Assembly: GCA_963827655.1 (NCBI GenBank)
Contig: CAWHCF010000026.1
Coordinates: 32,001 to 96,000 of the forward strand
Source of the DNA: an uncultured Acidobacteriota bacterium
Lineage (GTDB): Bacteria; Acidobacteriota; UBA6911
Direction: 5' to 3'
Length of the DNA: 64,000 nucleotides
The position numbers and the translations under genes were made by a program. The notes under the pieces were generated by a model that searched no databases, was not told where the DNA came from, and saw only the letters and a program-made list of their open reading frames with translations. Below are positions 31,626 through 40,971 of this stretch, in pieces. Position 1 is the stretch's first letter. Each line of letters starts with the position of its first letter.

Positions 31626-32933
31626 TCAGGGTCGGGCCAGACTGCCGCGTTCGGGGGGCACAGAAGGCTTGTCCTGAACCGCGGCGACGACCAGCTCCAG
31701 AGTCCGAAGGGCGGCGGCGTCTTCCTCCACCGTCCTCTTCCAACCCTCCCGCGAGCCGTCATACTTGAAAACGGACTCTGGCGGCGGGGGAACCCCGGTG
31801 TTCCTGGCATCGTACTGCTCATCGCGCCCGCCCAGCTTCCAGATCACGAGGTCGAGCGAGGGTACGACATAGAAGCTGTGGCCGCCGGACCCGGTTTTCC
31901 AGAACGCGTCGCGCGGAGCACCCGTCACGTGGCCGTCGTCATTGATGTTGAACTGCAGGCTGTACGGATAGTGCGGGTTGTACGGCGAGCGCCGGCTGCA
32001 TTGGCGCAGGTACTCCGCCGGGACGAGCTGTTGGTCCCGCCAGCGGCCCTCGCGCAAAAGCAGATACGCAAAGCGCAGCATGTCGGTGGGACGCGGAGCG
32101 ATTCCGCCGCCGCCGCACGTGTGGGTCAACTCGGGCCGGCGGTAACCCCAACCCCAGCGGCCCCAGCCCATGGGTGCGGCGAGACGCTCACCAACGAAGC
32201 GCTCGAGCTCCATCCCCGTCAAATGGCGCAGAATGACGGAAACCAGATGAATGGAAGAGGACGCGTAGGAGTATCCTTCGCCCGGCCTGGTCCAGAGCGT
32301 GATCGCGTTGCGCTCGCCGCTCTCTCTGCCAAAGGCCATCGCATCGCGGCACGAGGGCCATCCGTCGGGACCGGCCGGATCGAGCTGCACCGGGCGTCCG
32401 TACACGTAGCCAGGATTGTTGCCGCGAATTCCGGCCGTCATCGCGAGCAACTGTCCCAACTTGATTTCCGCTTTGGCAGGATCGGTCAGCGGGAATGCCT
32501 CCGGCGGCAGATACCGCTCGTTATAGATTTTCTGGTCCAGACCGTCAGGAAACAGGTTGGGACGCTCGCTCAGGAGAATGCCCATGGCGATGCTGGTGAA
32601 CGACTTGCCGCAAGACGCGGTGTTCGGCGTCGCCTCCCGGTTTCCCCGGCCGAAGTACTTTTCGTACACCAGCCATCCATTGCGCGCGACCAGCAGTCCG
32701 CCATGCTTCGTACTGCCCTGTATGTACTTGAACGCCTCGTCAAGTTTGGCGATGTCCATGCCGGACAGGCGGCGCGCTTCGGCTGCGCCGGAAGGCTTGC
32801 GCCAACCGCCTTGCGTGTCAGGAGGAGGGAAGTAATCGGCGGCGGGCAGGACGGAGGAGAAGAGGATCGCACAAGCAAGGACTCGCGCGCTTGTCCGCGC
32901 CAGGCGATCGTGGATTGCGCTTGACTGGTTCAT
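31626..32933 (-). CDS. Serine hydrolase, beta-lactamase class C-like, secreted
   Basis: SxxK motif (SCGK), LLAMTAG, YSYAS and WKTGSGG. Confidence 0.85.
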   Translation of the reverse strand: MNQSSAIHDRLARTSARVLACAILFSSVLPAADYFPPPDTQGGWRKPSGAAEARRLSGMDIAKLDEAFKYIQGSTKHGGLLVARNGWLVYEKYFGRGNREATPNTASCGKSFTSIAMGILLSERPNLFPDGLDQKIYNERYLPPEAFPLTDPAKAEIKLGQLLAMTAGIRGNNPGYVYGRPVQLDPAGPDGWPSCRDAMAFGRESGERNAITLWTRPGEGYSYASSSIHLVSVILRHLTGMELERFVGERLAAPMGWGRWGWGYRRPELTHTCGGGGIAPRPTDMLRFAYLLLREGRWRDQQLVPAEYLRQCSRRSPYNPHYPYSLQFNINDDGHVTGAPRDAFWKTGSGGHSFYVVPSLDLVIWKLGGRDEQYDARNTGVPPPPESVFKYDGSREGWKRTVEEDAAALRTLELVVAAVQDKPSVPPERGSLARP

Positions 32934-32951
32934 GCTGGCATTGCTCCTCAA

Positions 32952-34672
32952 TCATTCGGGCTTGGCAACGATAATCTTCACTTCAGCCGAACGAGACTCA
33001 CCGGCGCCGTCATGCACTTTCCATTGAAGCCGGTCCGTTCCGGAGAAACCCGGACGAGGCGTGTAGGTGAGGTCGTTGCCTGCTCCAGAAACCTCGCCGT
33101 TACGGGGGCGAGCAACAATCGAGACAGTATAGGGACCGGGCCCGCCGTCCGGATCCGTATAGCTCAGTTGAACTCCGACGGGTCGGTTCATCGCTGTGGT
33201 GACGGTCGAGTTCTCAACCTCCGGCGGCCTGTTGACACGTGGCGGTGGGCCGGCGATCGGAGGGGAGCGAAGGTCGGGCGCGGCGACACAACCGGCCCAC
33301 GCAGCTTCGCATACAGGGCCACCTCCGGACCGAGTCCTTCGGGCTTTCGCCAATCCTGGTCGCCTCCATCGGTCTTCAGTCCCGGCTGATCGACGATTCG
33401 TCCGGTGACGCAGTCGAGCCACTTCAAATCGTAAACGCCCGCCCTGGTCTGCCCGGCGCCCAGTGACGACCTGGCGTCGCTGGAGTAGAGAATGTAACCG
33501 GCTTCCGGCGCCGACAAGACATATTCCGTCTCCGCGCGTTTGAGTTCGTCCGCGGGAACCATGCCGCGGAAATCGGCGGCCTCGAAGAACCGCTGAAGCC
33601 GCCGGCAGTCGGCCAGCCATTCCTCCGGAGTGTTCGCTCCATCCATGCCGAGCACCATCACGTAGGCTCCCGCCATCGCCGCCGCCCAGTTTCGCTGGCG
33701 CACCGCGGTCCGGTCGCCCTTCTTGCACAGCGCCCCGTGCACTTGGTCCTCGGACATGTTCAGGCTATACCGGCCGCCGGCCGATCGCCAGGCCTCGACG
33801 AGCCAGGTGTGGAAGGCCGCCGTGGTCTGGACGCTGGGTGCGTGGGTCTGGATGGCGAACTGCGAGATGTTCGGGTCATCGGCATGGAAGAACGTGTTAC
33901 CGGCCAGCTGGTGGCTGGCAATGACATGATCGTGATCGTCGGCCTCGCGAATCGCCTCGGCCAAGGCCGAGACATGCCGTCTCCAATCGGCGCCGATCTC
34001 CTGGGCCTCCTCCATGACGCACCAGATGAGGTTACGGTGGTGCTGAAACCGCTTTACCAGCGCCTGGATGAACTTCTTCTCTTCCGGGTGCAGGCGGCCC
34101 TGTGGGTCGAGTTTCCAGCCGAACTGTTTGGCGACATTGATCGCGTCATCGTAGAAGAAAAAGTAGATGACAATGCCGCTACGATCCATTTCAGAGAACC
34201 ACGTTTCCCACTGGTTAAGAATCGCCTCGTTCAGACCGCTGCGCGGATCCTGACCGTTCCAGGGATTGTGAAGGTCGTCGGGCCAGATCGATGGCGATTC
34301 TTTAGCATCTATGCGGGCGTCGCCCCCGTGCGTTCGCACGGAGATCATGTAGATGCCGTTGCCGCCATGCCGCGCGAGCTTGCGGATGATTGCCGTCTGG
34401 TCGCCGTCCCGCGTGCCGTCAGGATTGCGCTTGCCCCGATAAAGAAACCCTTCCGGATCACCAATGGCTGCGAGAAAGAAGGGCCCGCCTCCGTGGCGTC
34501 TCAACCACGACCGGTTCCCGGTATCAACGACAATCTGCCCATCCAGGGGCTGCTTCTCGCGTGGGGTCGGCGCCTGGGTGGCGAGCAAACTCAACGATGC
34601 GCCGGGAGAGTCATTGCCGGCGGCGTATAGCGCCAATATTGACAGCGCCAGGCAAACAAGACGTTTCAGCAT
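32952..34672 (-). CDS. Putative secreted glycoside hydrolase (TIM-barrel, DUF4038-like) with C-terminal Ig (Big_9-like) domain; frameshift near 33280
   Basis: Signal peptide, NLIWCVMEE, NMSED and WAAAMAG; tail LTYTPRPGFSGTDRLQWKVHDG. Confidence 0.65.
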
Positions 34673-34980
34673 ATCAAGAGCTCGGACGAAGGCCCATCTG
34701 CCTCACGGTCGCCGCGGCTTTGATCGGCCTGAAAGTTCGCGTCAAGGCCCGGTTTTGTTGCTCCATCGGGTAGCTTCCTCGCAGGCAACGGCAGCTTCTC
34801 GTGCCACACGTAGCCGGGCTGGAGGCGTGCCTTATCCAGGAAAGGGAACACGTCGAATCTAACGAAGCGGTTGACATCCTCGACGAGGTCGTCATGGAAT
34901 TGACGCACCCAGCCCAGATCGCGAGTGCTATAGCTCACGAAAAGGTCATACTCGTACCCGTGTGGATGTCCAGAGGCCAT
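34666..34980 (-). pseudogene. Truncated TIR-domain gene
   Basis: YEYDLFVSYSTRDLGWV...FLDKARLQPGYVW matches the TIR_2 N-terminus; similarity is lost after about 60 aa. Confidence 0.7.
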
Positions 34981-35049
34981 GATGGAGACGCCGAGGTGCC
35001 GCATTATACTTTGGACTTACCGAAGCGGCAACCGGCGTGGCCCTTTGGA

Positions 35050-35323
35050 GCGCAAGCTTGCTTGCGCCAGGCCCGTAGGGCCGACAGTGCGTAGCCCCGG
35101 CCGTAAGGCCGGGGGACAGCAAGACCCGTAGTCCGAGGGCCGAAGGCCCGGCACTGCGACACAGGTTTTGTGCCGGTCCTTCGGACCTCCATGCCATCTG
35201 GACCACAAGCCACGCCCTGACGGGCGTGGCTACTCACTGCCGGGCCTTCGGCCCTGGCTACCAGCACGCGAGCTTCTGTGCCTGTGAAATGTCCAAACTC
35301 CAATGCGCAAGCTTGCTTGCGCC
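35050..35323. repeat. REPIN-like inverted doublet of GTAG-foot hairpins (35067..35257), bracketed by 19-bp direct repeats
   Basis: GTAG-CCCCGGCC-GTAA-GGCCGGGG and the reverse-strand GTAG-CCACGCCC-GTCA-GGGCGTGG; gcgcaagcttgcttgcgcc at 35050 and 35305. Confidence 0.8.
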
Positions 35324-35370
35324 GTGTGCGCGGAACGACCAAATCTCGAGGCGCGCGTGTGACCCGCGAG

Positions 35371-38095
35371 CTAGTCACTTCTCAGGGTCTGCGCGGGATC
35401 GATCCGCGCCGCTCGGATGGCCGGAGGCAGGGCCGCCATCAGAGCCACGCCGGCCAACGTGAAAATCGGCATCACGAACATGGCAAAGTCGGTGGCCTTC
35501 ACCTCAAACAACAGGGCCTCGATCAAACGGCCGCTTGCCAGACCTCCTGCCAGTCCGATGGCGGAGCCGAGGCAAATCATCACGGCGATCTCGGTCGTCA
35601 CCCGGCGCAAGATGTGAGCCGATCGCGCGCCTAGCGCCATCCGGATGCTGATGTCGCGCCGCTGGCGGGTTACCGAATAGTTGAGGACGCCATACAATCC
35701 AACGGCCGCCAGCACGAGAGCCACGAGGGCGAAGAACAGTGACAGCGCAGCGAGCATCCGTTCGCGCACCAGCTTCGAGCGAATGAAGTTATCCTGGGGC
35801 TGGATGGCGTGGACGCGGACATCGGAGCGGGCCCGGGAAGCTTCGCGGCGCAGAATGGGGGCCAACGCCTGGGGATCACCAGCGATGCGCGCCAGGAATG
35901 TGATGTGCTGCCGCTGCGCCATGGGCACGTATACCGTGGGAGGGACGGCTTCGCGCAGGTCGCGATACGCGGCATCTCCGACGTAGCCGACGATTTCCAT
36001 CGGCGCGGATAGATCCTTACTCTGGCGGACATCCACGGATCTGCCCACGGGATTTGCGCCGTTGAAGTACGTGCGGGCGAAGGCTTCATTCACGATTCCG
36101 ACTCCGGGCAGAGGCTGACCCGAAGCGTGCAGGCGCGGTGGAAGGTCGCCAGGTCGAACGTCCCGTCCATCGATCAGCCGGATGCGCATGGTTTCGAAGA
36201 ATCCCGGGGATACCTCGAGGAAATAGGGTTGGCGAGGCTCGACGGGGCGGCCGGGAAGCCGCACTGCGAAGGTCAAGCTGTTCCCAGACAACAGTGGCCA
36301 TCCTGCCAGCGAGACGGACTGCACGCCGGGCGTCCGGCGAAGGTGATCTGCGACGCGCATCCAAGCCTCGGCTGGCTGTTCCCGCGCGTGGGCCGAAGCG
36401 TCTATGATCAGAACCCGTTCGGCCGTGAATCCCAGGGGCCGGTTCGACAGACGGTGGAAGGTGTTGAGAAAAAGCCCGGCGACGAACAGCACCAGGACGC
36501 AGAAGGCAACCTGAGCGGCCAGCAACGCCCTCATGAGCCGGCCGCGCGCACGAGGATCATCGGCGCCTTTGAGCGCAGTGATCGGTTGGACAGCCGAGGC
36601 TCGGAATGCGGGAGCGAGTCCAAAGAGCAGCGTGACCAGGAACGCGAGTGCAACGCTGAACGCCACTTCGCGCCAGCTGGTAGCGAGAATCAGCCGAACG
36701 GGATCGCCGGGTAGGCGAAGCATGGACACGACCAGCGGCGCGGCCCATGATGCAAACAGCGCGCCGAGCGCCGAGGCGCTGATCGCGAGCAATGCGCTTT
36801 CCACCAGGACCAGTTGGATCAGCCGCCACCGCCCTGCCCCGATAGAGACGCGCAATGCCATCTCCCGTGTGCGAGCCGCAGCTTGGGCTGTCAGCAGATT
36901 CGCCACATTGGCGCAGGCAATCAGGAGAACCAGGACGACCAGCAAGCTCAGGATCACCAGAGGGCGGCGATATTGCTTTTGGAGGCGGCCTGCGCCTGCG
37001 GCCGCCGGCAATAAAAGAACCTCCTCTTTGAGGAAGGCATCGATCACCCGGCTCGGTGTGTCGGAGTGAAATTCCTTCAGGCGCTCGCGGTGTTCATGGG
37101 TGAAAGCCGCCTGCAGAGATTGACGAACCTGCTCGGGCGACACTCCCGGGTGCGGACGTACCCAGATGCGAAAATCTAACCAGCCGGGATTATTGATCGC
37201 CCCGGCGTTCATCATGGCCGGAAGAAAGACGTCGGTCACCTCGCCGGGCTCCGTTCCGGTGAAGCCTTGGGGCGCCACGCCGACGATCTCCAACCGGTCA
37301 TTTCCCATATTGCCTGCGCCAATCTGGCGAATACGGAACGTCTTCCCGAGCACGCCCGGGTCGCGACCGAAGCGGCGCGTCCAGTAGTTGTAGCTGAGCA
37401 CGGCCACCGGATGCGCGCCGGGTGTGAGATCGTCGTCAGGCATGAGCAGGCGGCCGAGAGCCGGCTGGAGTCCGAAGATCCCGAAAACGTTGCCGGAGAC
37501 CCATTGACGGTAAAGTTTTTCGGTCTCATCGCCGGCCCCGAACGCAACGTCCCGCGGGAGGCTCATGCCGACTACCATCACATCTGCGCGATTTCCTACC
37601 GTTTCGTGATAGCGCCGAAAAGTCGGATAGTCGAACGCGTCACGATAGTCGGGGCGGCCTTCGCGATCGACGAAAGTGGTAGCAATAAAGAACAGGCGCT
37701 CCGGTTCCGCTACCGGTAAGGTGCGCAACAGCACGGCGTCAACCAGGCGGAACGCCGCGGTGGTGGCGCCGATGGCGAGTGCAAGCGAGAGGATCGCGGC
37801 GGCGCTAGCCGTGCGATGCTTGTTCAACTGCCGCCATCCGAAGACAACATCCGACACCAACGCGTCGAGCGCATGGAAGGCCTCGCTGATCCCGATACGC
37901 TTCCTTCGTTGCCTCCAGTGAGCCAAACTTCAGCAGCGCCTGGCGGCGAGCCTCGGACGGGGACAGGCCGGATTTCAGGTAGTCCTCGGTCAACAGCGCA
38001 ATGTGTTCCTCGAGCTCCTCTCGCAGGCGCTGCTCCTGTTGCCGCCAGGTGAGCAGCGCGCTCAGCCGCGCCAGCAACCGTTTCAGCGCTCTCAT
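35371..38095 (-). CDS. ADOP-type (duplicated MacB/FtsX) ABC permease; frameshift near 37870
   Basis: N-terminal EELEEHI..EARRQALLKFG, LLIACANVANLL, SIRMALGA and RAARIDP. Confidence 0.9.
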
Positions 38096-38439
38096 GGCAG
38101 GTCCTCCGCTTTCACGGTGAAGAAGCGGCCGATGATGGCTGTCGTCTGTTCCCAATGGCGGGTCTCGGCCCGGAGCTGGCTACGTCCAGCGCGTGTCAGC
38201 CGGTAGAAGCGCGCCTTGCGGTTCTTCTCGGAGGCGCCCCACTCGGACGCGATCGCGCCCTCCTGCTCGAGCTTCAGCAGTACCGGATACAGAGTCCCCT
38301 GGTTAACGGAGAGAAGGTCCCCGCTGATCTGCTCGATGCGCCGGGCGATACCGTAGCCATGGAGCGGTCCCAGCACATCCAGCGTCTTGAGGACCATCAG
38401 CGCCAGGGTGCCTTGCCGAACGTCGGTCTTTTCTTTCAT
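38092..38439 (-). CDS. PadR-family regulator (acidobacterial subtype)
   Basis: QGTLALMVLK, HGYGIARRI, QGTLYP and NRKARFY; stop overlaps the ADOP start. Confidence 0.92.
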   Translation of the reverse strand: MKEKTDVRQGTLALMVLKTLDVLGPLHGYGIARRIEQISGDLLSVNQGTLYPVLLKLEQEGAIASEWGASEKNRKARFYRLTRAGRSQLRAETRHWEQTTAIIGRFFTVKAEDLP

Positions 38440-38450
38440 TGCCGCCATCC

Positions 38451-38501
38451 TTTGGGTTTCCAACAGGAATCATAGCGCACTTCTTTTGGGAAACCAACAG
38501 G
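38451..38501. promoter_or_regulatory. Two TTGG-N4-CCAA palindromes, putative PadR operator
   Basis: tttgggtttccaacagg at 38451 and tttgggaaaccaacagg at 38485, directly upstream of the PadR gene. Confidence 0.55.
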
Positions 38502-38761
38502 TAAGTCAGAATGGCCCAGTTCGGCCGGGAATCGGAATCGCGCCTGTGAGAAGATGTTTGGGCGTGGCGCTCATCGTCGTCCGTCGCGGAATCCGGGCTG
38601 CTGGTGGAAGATCCTCAAGACCTGTCGACAAACGGCCAGGCAGGCTGCCTTTACTCGCGAAGCAACCGTCAGTGGAAACATCCGATTTCGACGGGTGGAA
38701 GCTCAGAGGGTCGCACGCAGAAGGGCAGGTTTCCCTCAAGAAGCTGTTCGGCTGATAGCCT

Positions 38762-40360
38762 TCAGCGAGCTGGCGCGGCGCTTGTCGGGCTGGCAAACCG
38801 TCGAAAGAAGCTCGCGTCGTTCCAGCGAGGGCGCGACTCGCGATTGGCGATCTCCTCGACGGCTCGAGCGTAGAGCCGGTTAAAGTCGGCGGCCGCCTTC
38901 AAATCTACCGGCTGATTCACGTCGTCCGAGGGCGCGTGGTAGCGCTCCTTGCGCCAGCGCTGGACGTACTCGTGCTCGGGCGAGCCCTTGATGAAGCCGA
39001 CCTTCAGCGAGAGAGCGGGAACCCCCTTCCTGATGAAGCTGTACTGGTCGCTGCGGGTGAAGGCATTGCGTTCCGGCTCCGGGTCGGAGAGGACCTGAAC
39101 ACCGAGCGCACTCGCCACCTTTCTCAGGTCGCCGGCGAGGTCCGACTCTTCCAGGCCCTGCACGATGAGACTGGTAAGCGGGAAGAAGGGAGAAAACATG
39201 TCCGTGTTCAGGTTCGCGACGATGCCCTCACGCGGCACCGTCGGATGGGCGGCGTAGTAGCGGGAACCCAGAAGGCCTTTCTCTTCGGCGGTCACGGCCA
39301 GAAAGACCACGGACCGGCGCAGGCGCGTCTTGCTTTCCTTGAGCAGGCGAGCCGTCTCGATAAGGGTGGCGATTCCCGAAGCGTTATCCATGGCGCCGTT
39401 GTAAATCTCATCCCCGTTGATGGGCTTGCCCACGCCCACATGATCCAGGTGCGCCGACAAGACCACGTACTCTCCCTTGAGCCTGGGATCGGACCCGGGG
39501 AGGACCCCGACCACGTTCGGGGATTCCCGTTCCTCGCGGACAAAGCTCACGGTCGCGAGCACCGACCCGGCTATCGGAAAACGAGGGAGCGGCTTTCTCT
39601 CCTTGGCTGCCGCCAGCAGGTTCATGAATTCGTGGCCGGTCCCGCCGAAGAGCCTGGCCGCGTGCTCCGGGTTGAATGTCACCGAGAGCTGCAGTCCAGG
39701 GGTTTCATGGAGGTCCGGGTCACTCAACTCCATGGCCGGAAGGAATCGCGCCAGCTTCGAGCGCTCCCAGGGCACGTCCTGGCCCTGCGGATTCTGAATC
39801 GCGATGATGCCGGTAGCTCCAGCGCGCTTGAGGGAACTCCAGCGTTCCCCGGCGGCTTGATAGTGAGCCAGTAATGGGCCGGGGATATGCGTGGGCCCGC
39901 CGGTAAAGTACACCGCTACCTTGCCGCGCAGGTCGAGCCCGGCCAGGTCGTCGTAACCCACCTCCGGTACTCTAAGGCCGTAGCCGGCGAAGACCAGGGG
40001 CGCCTCGACCTGTGGCGGGGGCTCGACCCGCATGCTGAAGACGGCTTGCTCGCCGAGCAGGACCGGCTCCCGTTTGCCGTCGCGGACGATCGTGAGGCTC
40101 GACTTTTCTTCCACGATGCGACGCGCGCGAAAGGAGATCGGCTGCATGTATCCTGCGGTCCCGGCAGGCGCGAGCCCGGCCGCGGCGAACTGCTGAGCGA
40201 CGTACTCAGCGGCACGTCGATGCTCCGGCGTGCCGGTCTCCCGCCCGCGCAGCTCATCGGAGGCAAGGAACTTGACGTGCGACCACCAGCGCTCGCCGTC
40301 CCGGTTTTCCAACGCGGCGAGGCTGGCAAGCCAGAGCATAAAGAAGGATAGTGTCTTCAT
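38762..40360 (-). CDS. M28-family metallopeptidase with PA domain, secreted
   Basis: SAHLDH, GAMDNASG, AEEKGLLGS, RSDQYSF and YHAPSDD. Confidence 0.92.
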   Translation of the reverse strand: MKTLSFFMLWLASLAALENRDGERWWSHVKFLASDELRGRETGTPEHRRAAEYVAQQFAAAGLAPAGTAGYMQPISFRARRIVEEKSSLTIVRDGKREPVLLGEQAVFSMRVEPPPQVEAPLVFAGYGLRVPEVGYDDLAGLDLRGKVAVYFTGGPTHIPGPLLAHYQAAGERWSSLKRAGATGIIAIQNPQGQDVPWERSKLARFLPAMELSDPDLHETPGLQLSVTFNPEHAARLFGGTGHEFMNLLAAAKERKPLPRFPIAGSVLATVSFVREERESPNVVGVLPGSDPRLKGEYVVLSAHLDHVGVGKPINGDEIYNGAMDNASGIATLIETARLLKESKTRLRRSVVFLAVTAEEKGLLGSRYYAAHPTVPREGIVANLNTDMFSPFFPLTSLIVQGLEESDLAGDLRKVASALGVQVLSDPEPERNAFTRSDQYSFIRKGVPALSLKVGFIKGSPEHEYVQRWRKERYHAPSDDVNQPVDLKAAADFNRLYARAVEEIANRESRPRWNDASFFRRFASPTSAAPAR

Positions 40361-40466
40361 CGGCGTGCTCCTCAGGACACCTGACCTTAGCATGACTTTG
40401 AATGGCAGGGAAAGACAACGAGGCTCTCTTCGCCTCCTGGCGGTAATGATCAGAGATTCCCGTAAA

Positions 40467-40691
40467 TCATCCGGCCGCGGCAATTTTGCCGTCACGAATC
40501 AGGACGACACCTTTCTCTATGGGATTTGATTCCGGCGAGGGGTAAATTTTCGCGTCTACGAGCGCGATGGAGTCAGCGGAGGTTCTGCCGGCCTGCTCGG
40601 GACGCGAGCGGGGCGGAAAAAGGCTGCACACCGCCAGCAGAAACAATCCGGCCGTGACCGGGAGCGTGCTGCGCGAAGTCTGTTCGTTCAT
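40467..40691 (-). pseudogene. N-terminal fragment of a secreted amidohydrolase
   Basis: Signal peptide plus IALVDAKIYPSP..PIEKGVVLIRDGKIAAAG*, stopping before the HxH motif. Confidence 0.7.
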
Positions 40692-40804
40692 AGTTGCTCC
40701 GAAAGGCGCCGGCTGTGTTTACGGTCAGAGCCCACCGGAGGTTCCGTGAAAGAAAGCGCAATCCGATCCGCCCGGCTAGGACAGAACCTACACTGCCCAA
40801 CGGT

Positions 40805-40893
40805 TGACCAATGACCAATGACCAATGACCAATGACATGACGGCGCCAAACCTCCCATTGGTCATTTTTCATTGGTCATTTTCATTTTTCATT
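40805..40893. repeat. TGACCAA x4.5 with inverted TTGGTCA arm
   Basis: Read directly from the sequence. Confidence 0.9.
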
Positions 40894-40934
40894 CAATCGA
40901 CCCGTAAATTCTTTGCTTTTTGTGGTGATCGGCG

Positions 40935-40962
40935 GGAACCGGAGGTGAACTTTCTTTCGTTC
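40935..40962 (+). promoter_or_regulatory. Putative ECF-type promoter GGAAC-N18-CGTT
   Basis: Ends about 10 nt before ATG 40972; no obvious RBS. Confidence 0.4.
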
Positions 40963-40971
40963 TAGGCAGAC

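Noticed and set aside
31626-32933. Antibiotic-resistance beta-lactamase
   Set aside because: The SxxK fold is shared with many esterases and amidases; nothing specific supports AmpC activity. The same caution applies to the MBL-fold gene at 8807.
38540-38760. Small gene between the PadR gene and the M28 peptidase
   Set aside because: Several short frames, none with a convincing start, RBS or motif; may be an unrecognised fragment.
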